64,000 bases of DNA, from the NCBI GenBank assembly GCA_047495785.1, contig JBLDXI010000001.1, forward strand, positions 2,046,001 to 2,110,000, read 5' to 3'. Below, piece by piece: positions 1-11,276 of this stretch (within the stretch, counting starts at the first letter, position 1; each line of letters starts with the position of its first letter). This stretch comes from Lepidodermella squamata (taxonomy: Eukaryota; Animalia; Gastrotricha). The notes under the pieces were generated by a model that saw only the letters and a list, made by a program, of their open reading frames with translations, made no database searches and was not told the DNA's origin. The position numbers and the translations under genes are program-made.

Positions 1-408
1 AATTTCAGTGAAGTTGGTTGCAGAATGGGCTTCTCGAATATCCCCTGTTCCAATATTCCACAGTGGGCTAAATATGTTGGAACCTTTGTGCGAGATATCG
101 CAATAGTTATAGCCGAAGTTTGTGACTTTGAGAGCTCTGTTGTTACCCTGATTAATGGTGAAATAATTATTAAGTTTTAGCAATCGTTGGCGCGAACAAG
201 AGCTCACCACGTGTCTGACCATCGACCCAACTGACGAATAGTAATTGCACATCGACTCTAGCAGATTCTTATACACGACTTTGTCCCCTTTTTGAAACGC
301 TGGATAACATTCAGCGCTAGCGGTTGGGTTGCTTCGAGGCTCGAAGGTGAAGTTAAAGCAGCACTGGATTCGTTGCCAATCTCTTTCACTGAAATTAAAT
401 ACCGTCAT
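1..408 (-). CDS. 5' part of orphan intronless ORF, copy A (continues off the window)
   Basis: Same sequence as the 5' part of ORF 10443-11276; ATG at 408. Confidence 0.55.
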   Translation of the reverse strand, partial: MTVFNFSERDWQRIQCCFNFTFEPRSNPTASAECYPAFQKGDKVVYKNLLESMCNYYSSVGSMVRHVVSSCSRQRLLKLNNYFTINQGNNRALKVTNFGYNYCDISHKGSNIFSPLWNIGTGDIREAHSATNFTEI

Positions 409-508
409 TTGGGGTTGATTGGCCAAACATTGAGCTAATTGGACGATTATCCCAATTAATGGGTTTTCAATCTTAAATGTAAATGTTAAATGGGTGTAAA
501 TTTTCCTA

Positions 509-631
509 CCATCAATTTTGGGGTTTTCACCATCAAATTTGGGCTTTCGCTAACGAAGCGGAAAACGCCATCAATTTAGGTACTTTCGCCAACAGTATGC
601 ATTTTCTCGCCAACAAATCCGAAAATACTCG
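509..631. repeat. Degenerate ~21-bp minisatellite, ~6 units (second copy 11377-11499)
   Basis: Units ccatcaattttggggttttca / ccatcaaatttgggctttcg / ctaacgaagcggaaaacg / ccatcaatttaggtactttcg / ccaacagtatgcattttctcg / ccaacaaatccgaaaatactcg. Confidence 0.6.
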
Positions 632-1335
632 CTGATTAAGTGGAAAGCTGTTCGAGACATTCGCCGCGGTAATTAGCCATTTTAGCCGAACCTCAATCGC
701 GCGGAAATTGGAGATGATATTTTTTTCATAAATTTAGGGCGATCGCGTCAAAAATTGATAACAAAAAGTAAAGCAACAAGAATATATAAAGATAACAATA
801 TAGATAACTATATAGATAAGCTGCCAATGGATGTAATTACTGTTTCCTCTGCTTTCCCCTTATTTTCAAATCTAGCTTTAGAAAGAAAAAAGTAGGTTCG
901 ATTCCTTATAGAATAGCATTATTTTTTTCGGAATGGCTGCTCGTACATATATATGTGCGTGATTTTTGCTTGTCGTACATATATTTATGCTAAAATAGTT
1001 ATGCTCAACTTTGAAATTTCATGCTGGATTAATCAATTTTGATCGCAACTGTTCAAAATTTTAACCATATGTGCATCGAAGCGTGACCAACCTCCTCTCA
1101 AAGTTTGGCACGCATCGGGTAGAAGTCCATTATTAGCCACCCTGAAAACCGAAAATACCCGAAGTCGGTAATGTCAGTAACCATAACTGTCGGTAAGAAT
1201 TTGCCGGTGAGTCTAACCCTATTAGAGGCATTTTCCCTCAAAAAATAAACTTGCCGGGATCAAAATTGAGTACATGGCTGAAATTATAAGTTTTTATTCG
1301 AATTATATATATGTACGACTACCAAAAATCGCGGA

Positions 1336-1830
1336 CATATATATGTCGTAGTCTAATAAGCAATTTAATTGGATTGGGAATCGAACTAGTTTTTTGCCAA
1401 TTTGCTCAAAAACCTAGTTTAGAATATACCGTGATAATTGATCCCATACCAAAGTTGTGGTTAAATATCAAAATACTACGCAATTTACCTAAAGTTTTGA
1501 GAATCCAACTCTGAAGAAGTTCAGAAGTGGCTGACTTGGCCGTTCTGTCTCGTTTATTTTGCCGAAATGGCAAAATGGCTCTACCACAACAAAATTTAAT
1601 TTAGCAAATTCAAATAGGCCGCGAAAATAGCCAAAACTGTATTTCTAACATTGCTTGACGCTATCAATCGAGTTAGTTGTTCAAAACGTAAGCCACTACC
1701 CGCCAGGAAGGTAACGTTTCGCGCAATAATTGTGTTTGATCGCCTTACAAACTAGTTTTTTAAAAGTTCGCTTATTAAACTAGTTGGATTCCCAATCCAA
1801 CTAAATTGCTTATTAGACTACGACATATAT
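1336..1830. mobile_element. MITE-like element with ~55-bp terminal inverted repeats (second copy 12204-12698)
   Basis: atatatgtcgtagtctaataagcaatttaattggattgggaatcgaactagttt is the reverse complement of 1777-1830 with 2 mismatches. TA-rich flanks, non-coding interior. Confidence 0.8.
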
Positions 1831-1841
1831 GTATGAACTTT

Positions 1842-2031
1842 TTTTTGCTTCGCATTAAGTTATTTCAATTTTTAATTTTCCCTTATTTTTAATGGAAATT
1901 TAATTTTTCAATTATTTTTAATTGGTTTCTCCGTTGTTTCGTAGTATTATTGCTGAGTAACTACGGAACAAAATATGTCGGCGATACGTGGTAATAATTA
2001 AAAATTGAAATAATTTAATGCGAAGCAAAAA
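1842..2031. mobile_element. Small foldback/MITE-like element with ~36-bp inverted arms (second copy 12710-12899)
   Basis: tttttgcttcgcattaagttatttcaatttttaatt (1842-1877) pairs with aattaaaaattgaaataatttaatgcgaagcaaaaa (1996-2031), 1 mismatch. Internal hairpin tgtttcgtagt...actacggaaca. Confidence 0.7.
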
Positions 2032-3670
2032 TAAATGCAAAATAAATTACAACCACTCTACCATTGAACCCTCGCAATCACTAAATATCAAAAACCGATT
2101 ATAAGGGTAAGGGGGTCCAATTAGCCCCATCTCTGTGGGGTAAATTGAGCTTCCTATAAAATCGGAACCATCAGGACCCGTGTAAAAATGCGAAAAAAAC
2201 AGTGCGATGAGAGTAAATCGAGCTTACGTTATTTTGTCGAAGTCAACTTTCACAGGTGGAATATGGTGTTCCTCTACTTCGTAAGCAGGGAGACAACCGC
2301 GACTTGAAACAGCGAAAAGAGCAGCGACTGCGATTATATGCAAAATATGATGCATGCTTAGTTATAGTTGCTTATTTTCAAGTTATTTTCAATGAATATG
2401 TGAACAGATTTATAGCATAGGTATTTTTATATACTATAATTATTCAACTTATTCTTATTCTTATTCGTGATCTTAATATTTTCATTTTTATTCTTATTCA
2501 TATCATCTATACAAAAAAGCGAGCTTGCAAAGATGAGTAACATTGCTCTTGGCTCTTGGGTTTTGATATAGTTTTCCCTTATCAGCAAGTAACCCTTGGC
2601 AACCAGTAACAGTATATGTATGTAGCCTTCGGGATGATGCGCGTGCAAGCCCAATTGAACTGAGGCTTTTAGAATCGTGAAATGTCTCTTTATAGGGAAA
2701 TTTCGATTACCGACTCGTTCAGGCTCGATCTCACTCCTTTCATCAGATTACGCGATCTATATTTCATGCACCTAAAATCTTTTTTTTCAATATTTAATGA
2801 TGATTCAGGGTAAAGTTATATAAATATGCATAACTTAGACCCTGGCTATATGTGGGGTGAGCCGCTGCTTCAGCCTAACCTTCGCAATGTCTTCAATCTC
2901 AGCCTAGGATCTCGGTACGGGTAGCCGCCGTCATCCCGTTCACAAAGCTGGTAAAAGCCACAGGGGCTCGCTGCTCCCAGCCGAACCGGTCTCGACGTGC
3001 AGGCGACCTATGACCTATGTCTGGAGTGCCGGCCTGGCCTACAAACTCTCCGCGTTACCACTGCCCCGCACTGGTGGGGTGGATAACCGATATTCTGCGC
3101 GACCGCAAATTGTAAGCCCAGGTCTTAGCCGGCAGCTGATTGTCAACTGTGATGTCCCTTACTCCCCCGCTGTTTATCCTCTACACCTCCGACTTGCTGG
3201 CAAGGGCGCGGACTTGATCGATGTCGAGCTCGACAACATCTCGTAGTGAGCATGAGAGTGGCGCTTAAAGCTCAACGCGCGAAACGATGCCGTTCGCCTG
3301 GAGGTCGTACGAAAACCATCTTCAACTCGCCGGAGCAGTTTTTGTCCCTCAAGTTGCTGTCATCCGAGTCCTGGGCGTGCACCTTGACCTTTTTTGCCCA
3401 AAGGGTCCCAAGCTTGAATGCAAAATTAAGAAGGAGCGCCAAATAGCAGCTGTCTCTGTCTATCATCTTCTCATGTGTATGCCAAATTTTGACCGCCATT
3501 AGGCTGAGATAAGCTATAGCTGGGAAATAAATGTACGTTTACTTATCGCCAAACGCTTATAAACGGAATTACTTATCCGAATGTCACGCCTTCTTTCCCT
3601 CGCAAAGGTATTTAAGGCGCAAAATAGCGCCATTCAAGTATTAACGAGCTTTTTACCGATTCAGACTAAA

Positions 3671-4248
3671 ATGAAAGCTTTTATTGTTCTATCTACCATG
3701 CTGGTTTGTGTCATTGCTGCACCAGTTGAACGGGAACCAAAATGTAGGCAGGAAAATCTTACTTGGATTGGTCTGATTGTTTTTTTCAGATATCTATTGC
3801 CCGGCTGGCTTCACGGGGCTCTACCAAGACGAGGCGATCTGTTGCAATGGTAACGCTTACCCTGTTACAAACGGAAGTGTCTCTCAATGTTGCGGCAAGG
3901 CGTTTTTCGATCCGGCAATTCAGAAGTGCTGTGACGGAGTTGTTCTGCCCGGCATCGACAACAAGCACTGCGTTCCCGGTGAAAAGAGTAAATCTAGTGT
4001 CATAAATTTTGTTTCATCAACTACAAGTGTTGTACACCTCAGATGCTTGTCAGGCCTGGAGTGGTGGTATCATGATGAATGGCCCCTACGGCCTCACCAT
4101 GTGCTGTGACGACGGTAATTCCTACCCGTATGTTCGAACCACTCTCCAATGTTGCAACTCAGCTTCATACGACACCAGATACCAAACCTGTTGCTTAAAT
4201 AACCCTCGAATAATCCTCGGCCAGAAGGAATACTGGCCGCCGTGTTGA
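3671..4248 (+). CDS. Small secreted galaxin-like di-cysteine-repeat protein (155 aa, 3 exons), copy A
   Basis: Exons 3671-3743, 3790-3978 and 4043-4248 join in frame through GT-AG introns. Signal peptide MKAFIVLSTMLVCVIA; repeated CC motifs (ICCNG, QCCGK, KCCDG, MCCDD, QCCNS, TCCLN). Confidence 0.85.
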
Positions 4249-7200
4249 ATGGTTGTCATGGTTGTCACAAGCTAATCAGAATTTGTTTTAATATTGCTTC
4301 TTCTTATAATTAAAAATTAAAACTTACGAAAGTACAGTTTATTAACTACTATGCCAGGAAAACGCACTGATTCATCCCATTGTGTCGCGTAGCAGCAGCA
4401 AAGAAGCAGGACTTACTGGGTATGTAGTTCTTTGTATTGAGTTCGCAAAAGTTTGATGAAAGTCGTTTCTTGTGTAAATAAGACTCATGTTGACAATACG
4501 ATTGTTACGAGTTGTGGCACAGCCGATGGGAGGATTATTTCACTTCGTATTAACTGTAGTTAGCCTATTTCATAGTATCCGCGGAGAACAGCAACATCAT
4601 CGAAAAGTCAGCTTTTTTAACATGATGGAACTTTCTCACCTTCGACGCTGGAAGTACGACAAAATATGAGAGTAGGCTCAACATAAAGGCAAAGCTCCAT
4701 TTTCTTTGTGTGAAAACCTCAACCTCAACATCAAAGTAAAAGCGTTCGAGATACTCCCAGGACTTCGACTTGAAAACGAATGATTTGTGAGTGGCGAATA
4801 ATTTACTATTTTTAGAAATATAAGCGTTTGACGAGAGTTACTGCAGAACTACTTCACTAATAACTGAACTACCTTGCTAATGAGCGCGTGTTAGTGGCAG
4901 TTGCTCTGCCTGGGTTTCGCAGCGACTCCAGCGAGCGAGGTCATGAAAAGTATCGGGTTGCTCTTCAAGTCAATAGGTATTGCGATACTTGCTTGCCTCG
5001 CGAAGTGCCTAGTTGTTGTCGAATTGCCTAATTCCACCTTCATCCAAGCTCTGAGGTGTGAGACATCGCTCGTCTACTATTTCACCGGCTTTGATTTTGA
5101 TCGAGCTACGGAAATCACCGAATTACTAATAAATAGAGTGCCCGAATAGTCCAAATAGAAAGTTGAATTTTCGCGGTTTCCAGCAGTGATTATCATCTTA
5201 TTTCTTCTAGCGTTATTAATCACAAGATCATCATGGATAAAGCGTGCAATTCGCAATTTGATCTTACAAATTTCATTTTATAAGCCAAGTTGAAAGCTTG
5301 TCGACCGGACGGGTAGCTCGGTAGGTACTGGTCATCCTTCGACACTCGGTTTGCTTGGCTCGAGCAAAATAAACATTGTTGCGCCAGGCGGGCATGGTCC
5401 GTCGGAGTAAGTCTTATTTTATCTTTGTTCCTTCCCATTTGTTGATTCTTCTCTTTCTTAAGGTAAAGCTGAACTTCTATGTTGATAACTATAGCTGACA
5501 AAGAAAAATACGAATATGCTATGCCATGAGCCGATGAAAAAGTGAATCGTTAATTTTGCGAGCCCGATAAATTGTTATTTGTGAGACCTCATTCCACTCA
5601 GAATTCCATGCTCTACACGATGGTGCATATATGATGCAGATATCTGAAACTGAATTAACGACCAAATCTCGGCTACTCGAGAACCCATCAATTGCACGCT
5701 GCCATTTGCATGCGCAGTCGTCGCGCCGCGGTTCGCGGGGTTGAAGTAAAAAAAATGCGGCGAAATATTAATTATTTATCATTATAACTAATTTTATAAT
5801 GATTCATATAAAAGTGTTGGTAATTAAAACATTACAAAATATAACGGCTTTATTTAACTTGACGGATGTTTTTATTTTATGACTCATTTTTGTCGTCCTC
5901 GGAGCCAAAATGAAGCCAAAACGAAGTGCGTTTTTTTAAGACGATGCTCCTCGATCAGGTCGACGCGTAACGCGTATATACCTGCAGCGGGCATTGGAGG
6001 ATGCGAGGTGCGAGGTACAAACGCGATCCGCCGTATTCCAACTGTCGGGTTCGGGGGTTTGGGGACTTACTTAACGCGCCGTTACTTAGCTGAGTTGTTG
6101 CACTCTTCGGAATGATTGGCATCTACTCCGTCCTAAAGGCCAGCAACTTCAGGCCTCTATAATTCATGGGTTGGGACTTGAGTGTAATGAGAAATGTTGT
6201 ACCAGCTATCAATCTGACATTATTTTCGATTATGGGACAAGATATGGTCATGGAGTATCAGGCAATTTCAACCACTTACACTTTGGGCAGGTGGCAGGTT
6301 TTGTATTGAAGTCCGGATTTTGCATGCGAATAGACCATCGTGCAACTGCCTGGCTAATGAAGTAGTACACGCGTAATTCACAATCATCGCCGCATCGTGC
6401 AATCGCAATGCTGAGCTTTTGCTGGTCGCGCGACTTTTACGTCAGATCGGCCATCCTGATTTTTCCTTGTATCGGTATTTCAGGCTATTTTATTTTATCA
6501 GATATGTCATGCTTGAATACTCTACCGTTCTGGCGCACGATGGCTGGCTGCTGGCTCTAGTCTCTAGTCGAACCCAATCGCGCGTTTAAGGAGAGAACAA
6601 TGTCTGCAAGGTGATGCGTGATGTATCTCAATGGCGCTTGGCGCTCGCCCATTGCGGAAATGTATTCTTAATTAGTTTTTGGTTTCTTTATTTTCTGTGA
6701 CATTCAAGTCAAAAGTCAAGCCTAAAGTTTAAAGGTGTCAGTGGCTGACATTGCTGGGTGCGGAATTCCTGTCAGTGATTCCTCACGACCCTGACCGCAG
6801 AACCTTGGCATTCTCCCTAGAAATGTCTATATTCTGTCAGTTGTATTTTGGCTCTGAATGGATCCCAACAATTTATTAATTGTTGTTTGTTCTTAATTGG
6901 ATTATATTGATTTTATTTTTCGTACCCTTACTATGAAACCTCCACAATTGTTTTGAAAACCTATCATTTTCACCATCTTCGTTGGCAAACGGTTGCCTAA
7001 CCTATCGCCTTATTTTCTGACTGAAGGCTGAATTCAGCTGCTTATGCGTGATGATAGGCACGAGAAGCCTGATGAAGCCTGGATCCTTCTCCAGGGGAAT
7101 ACCTTCAAGTTAATGCCAAGTTAATCCTTCAGCGCAATTTTCTCTTTTTAATCTTAATCCCCGTGTTTTTCGGATAATTGCATAATAATTTACCTTGTAC

Positions 7201-7256
7201 CCACTAGATAATTAAAGTCATATTTTATTTTGAATTTTGAATATCATGTCAAACAT

Positions 7257-8562
7257 ATGCTGCTTAACTCTTCGGCTCAAGTCTCTTTAGACGACTCCAG
7301 TGACGCTATATCACAGATAGCTGCCAAGTCATCGTCAAACATGCGCGAAGACGATTGTTTTTTCTTAGCGTGGTAGCAGCAGATTTGGATAGTTTTTGTA
7401 CACGATACGAGTATCTTGCAAAAAATAAAGATATCAGTGCAAGCTCGGCAGTCATTGTTTTTCCATCAGTCGATTGCCGTCATCGAAAATTGATCCACGC
7501 CCTGATTGGTCAGCGATATCAAACGTTGGCCCACGCGTCTGTTGGTGTCGAGCCTGATCGGCGACCTGTTGCGATTTACCGCGATTTCTTGCTTAAAGTT
7601 GTCTTGCCCACTCGTTTTAAACAAATTCAAAATGGTGTCGGTATGGCACACAGCGAATTTACGTTCTGCCTAGCCCTACTGGAGGCTTGCCGTGACAGCG
7701 GTGAAGCAAGACGGTACATAGAAAGGCTGTACGCGTTTCGTCTTGCCGATCAACGTGTAGTCAGTCCAAGGCTCAGTAACGAAACCAGACGAGTTACGCC
7801 TGTGGAAACCCCGAGGAATCAAACCCCGGCCTCAGCACCTGTTAAAGGCCGGGCGGTAAAACCCGGTTGCGAGCGTTATGTTCCGAGACCGATGCGACTC
7901 ATTCAAGAGCAGCAACAACAAAAGAAACAAGCTGCGTCTATATCAAGCTCTAGCAGCAATGAAAAAGGCAGTGGTGAAAACTCGCGACTGCCAAAATCGT
8001 CAACTTCGGATAGCCTTTCTGCCGAAATAACTAACAAAATAAAACTATTATCATTCGAGGACGACTCTACTTCGCCCGTTGATTCGCCTCTAATAGAGCA
8101 AAGGCGATCATTTGATTCAAAAGGTTCCTCGAAAAATACTCTGCGAAAAACGCACAGTAATAATTCGACTAATAGCCAACTTGTCAATTCCAACGTCTTG
8201 TCGATGCGGTTTCTCGGTGATTTTGTCGGAGAACGGACCAATATTATTCAGTTACCCGTTGAGCGTTATTCAGCATATAGATCTGAGCCGCCCCCTCTCG
8301 ATTATGAAGGTGAGACAAAATAATAATGTTTTTTGTTTTTTTAACATAATTCATATATTTTTATTCAACAGCTTTATCGCATGTAATTGAGATCTCTGGA
8401 TTTCCTCGAGACTGGCGTGGGGCAGATTTGCAGCGGTTTTTACCCGGTGGAACATATATCCATTGGGTAGACGATACACACGTTCTTGCGGTATTCCGAT
8501 CGCCTAGCGAAGCGCGGGCTTTCACAGTTCCGCCTGAAGTTTGCGTCAGTATCGAAATTTAT
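7257..8562 (+). pseudogene. R3HCC1: R3HCC1-like, frameshifted and 3'-truncated duplicate
   Basis: Two extra T near 7358 relative to copy B break the frame after MREDDC. The last exon is cut at the duplication junction after ...VCVSIEIY. Confidence 0.75.
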
Positions 8563-10442
8563 CGAATTGTGTTTTTGTAAGCCGGGTCCAGGTATACCGC
8601 AACGACGCAAATAGAGAAAAAGGCGATGTGCTTCTTCAGTATTTCCTGTTATTTTTATAAGCACGAAGTGGGGATTATACTGCATGAATCGTAATGTGCA
8701 TGAATACGTGGGGTATATCTCCATTTCGCCATGGAGAAGCTACCTTAAACAAAGACGCCTGGGCATGTCTGTGTGGTTCAGAAATGGACCGTTACGAGCA
8801 CAGTAACATCAACAGGTTAAGCCAGCCTTCAAGCAAACAATATTTGTTTGTTGTGCGCAAGACGGAATGGTCAGCGCAGAGGCAATGTTTTATTGGACCA
8901 ACCCGTTTTATCCCATAAATATTACGGCGGGTGACCCATTGGGCCTGGAGTGGTCAGCAACTGTGCAGAAAATAACAACGTAAATTCAGCACATGCCAAT
9001 ATGAGCGAATACGGATGACCGCCAAAATAAAAATTGGACTCATTGTGCGGATTATTTTACCTTGATGCATGCATGCATTCCAATTCAATAATGGACCATC
9101 CGTTTGTAATTTCCGGCCAGAACAGACAAATCATGCATAAAACAATTTGTACTTTATCAATAGAGGTGTTTGCGACGGCTTTTCTTTCTTTGGTTTTTCT
9201 TTCTTTTCATTGTTTCATTCCACTGTCCGGATAGAGCACAATCCCGTATAGCACGCGTGGCCACGTTGTTGTTATCGTTCAGAGGAATATGTCTTGAATG
9301 TCGATATCGCTTGGTGTAGCGAAAGTATTTGAGAGATCAAATATGTGCGAAATTACGTAATCTAGCTTATTTAAGCGATACCGATTTATTATTATCATGG
9401 CTCTTTGACCTAGAATATATTGCGCATGTTGCGAACATGTTTAGATCGCGTAATGAAAATTATACTGAACCAAGAATTAAACGCTCTTTTAAGCAAACCA
9501 AGGAATGTAACTTCGAAAAATCAATGCTAAATTTTGTTTTCGCCGACTTTTTTAATTTGATCGAGATACGGAAATCATCGAATTGCGAATTAATAGAGTG
9601 CCCGAATAGCCCGAATAAAATTCAGCTCACTACACCCGCCGTCTCAAAAAGCCAAAAAGCGGTGCAAACGCCACGCAACAATAAATCGAATTAATTACGA
9701 TAATGCCAGGAGTTTTCATGGCTTATGTTCCGCAATGTTTGGTGAGAAAAGCTATAATAGCTGACCATAATATTAGTCCATTGGTTGAAAATCAGAGGCT
9801 AAGCCTGAGCGCTTGCTGGGAGGACTGTTTAGTGCGTTTACCCTGCTTTGAAGCTGCTTTGTGGGGGACTCGCGCAAGTGGGATTGCGCAAAAGTATGGG
9901 ACACATAAGTGGATGAGTATGCCTTCTTCTTGGCTTGCGATCCATTTACGACTTTCGGAGGGAAATTCTGAGCAGGCCAGCATGGCTTCTCCATACAACC
10001 GAATTTATTTCAACAATATTCGATGGAGATTCAGAAAAACCTTCATTTCAGTTGTTTTTTGAAGAAAAGCCCGATTAAATATTTGCCGACGACTGTGAAA
10101 TTGTTTGAAGTATAAGCATCTAATCAGTTTCGTACGATATATTTGCCGGGAGGATTGAGCGAAAATTGACTACGACCGACAATAAATCGATAACAATAAT
10201 TTTCGTGATTTGAACAAATAAAAAATAATTTATAACGTTGGATTTGAACGGCAAGATTACTGCGCTGGGTCTGGGACAATTTTCTTGATCTTTTAATCTT
10301 TTAATATTTCAAAATATACAAAAGCCCGGGTCAAGGTTGCACGCACCAAATCATGATAGCAATTATATCGCATGCTGTGATACAATGCAGGCAAAGTTTT
10401 AGCATTTTTAGCGTCATTCGGTATAAGCATTTTTTATTGAAA

Positions 10443-11276
10443 TTATTCATTGCTGACGATTTCCCTGATGTCGTTTTGGATGATTGCGAAATACAGCCAA
10501 GATAAAGACCTCAGTAAGTCTTTGCTACCTAGCGCTAAGCAGGCCCTATCCTCAAGATTTACGTGCAAACGCTCCTGGTGGTAGCGAAAGTTGCTCACTA
10601 GGGAGGACCGCCCGGATAAGGTAAAATGATCCAACTGATGTTTAATTTCAGTCAGATGCATTTCCGCTATTTCGAGGAAATTCTTCCAGTCAAAATCACT
10701 GTTTGGCGATGGCGCTCGAATGTAGTAGTTGTAGGTAACGTCGACAATGTAAAAGATGTGCAGGTATTCCCCGGAGAGCAAGAAGTCCACGAGCTCAGGC
10801 CGCTCCCTTGTCAGATATTCATGCTTCCATTCCATCACGGTACGTTTAAATACATTCCAGTCACTGAAAATTTCAGTGAAGTTGGTTGCAGAATGGGCTT
10901 CTCGAATATCCCCTGTTCCAATATTCCACAGTGGGCTAAATATGTTGGAACCTTTGTGCGAGATATCGCAATAGTTATAGCCGAAGTTTGTGACTTTGAG
11001 AGCTCTGTTGTTACCCTGATTAATGGTGAAATAATTATTAAGTTTTAGCAATCGTTGGCGCGAACAAGAGCTCACCACGTGTCTGACCATCGACCCAACT
11101 GACGAATAGTAATTGCACATCGACTCTAGCAGATTCTTATACACGACTTTGTCCCCTTTTTGAAACGCTGGATAACATTCAGCGCTAGCGGTTGGGTTGC
11201 TTCGAGGCTCGAAGGTGAAGTTAAAGCAGCACTGGATTCGTTGCCAATCTCTTTCACTGAAATTAAATACCGTCAT
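10443..11276 (-). CDS. Orphan intronless ORF, 277 aa from the first ATG, function unknown
   Basis: 834-bp open frame in AT-rich surroundings with globular-protein-like composition. No family motif recognised. Confidence 0.6.
   Translation of the reverse strand: MTVFNFSERDWQRIQCCFNFTFEPRSNPTASAECYPAFQKGDKVVYKNLLESMCNYYSSVGSMVRHVVSSCSRQRLLKLNNYFTINQGNNRALKVTNFGYNYCDISHKGSNIFSPLWNIGTGDIREAHSATNFTEIFSDWNVFKRTVMEWKHEYLTRERPELVDFLLSGEYLHIFYIVDVTYNYYIRAPSPNSDFDWKNFLEIAEMHLTEIKHQLDHFTLSGRSSLVSNFRYHQERLHVNLEDRACLALGSKDLLRSLSWLYFAIIQNDIREIVSNE

Larger units (their letters stand above)
1..8562. repeat. Tandem segmental duplication, copy A (runs off the window start)
   Basis: Matches 10869-19428 at offset 10868, changing to 10866 after ~7360; the ORF track repeats at these offsets. 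Identity stops after ...ATCGAAATTTAT at 8562. Confidence 0.97.

Noticed and set aside
509-631. CRISPR-like or iteron array
   Set aside because: Eukaryotic context, degenerate contiguous units with no repeat-spacer alternation and no cas or rep genes.
872-910. tRNA B-box-like GGTTCGATTCC
   Set aside because: No A-box, cloverleaf or acceptor stem.
5080-5157. ~75-bp similarity to 9538-9617 (gatcgag.tacggaaatca.cgaatt...aatagagtgcccgaatag)
   Set aside because: Real, but most simply a fragment of an ordinary dispersed repeat; no termini or function definable.
6300-6365. Gypsy RNase H-like peptides (RIDHRATAWLMK on +, ARWSIRMQ on -)
   Set aside because: The short matches are on opposite strands of the same bases, and there is no RT, integrase or LTR nearby.
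7065-7110. Hammerhead-ribozyme-like CTGATGA + stem (gcctgga...tccagg) + GAAT
   Set aside because: The core GAAA reads GAAT, the stem II closing pair is broken and no suitable NUH cleavage triplet is positioned; at best a decayed relic.
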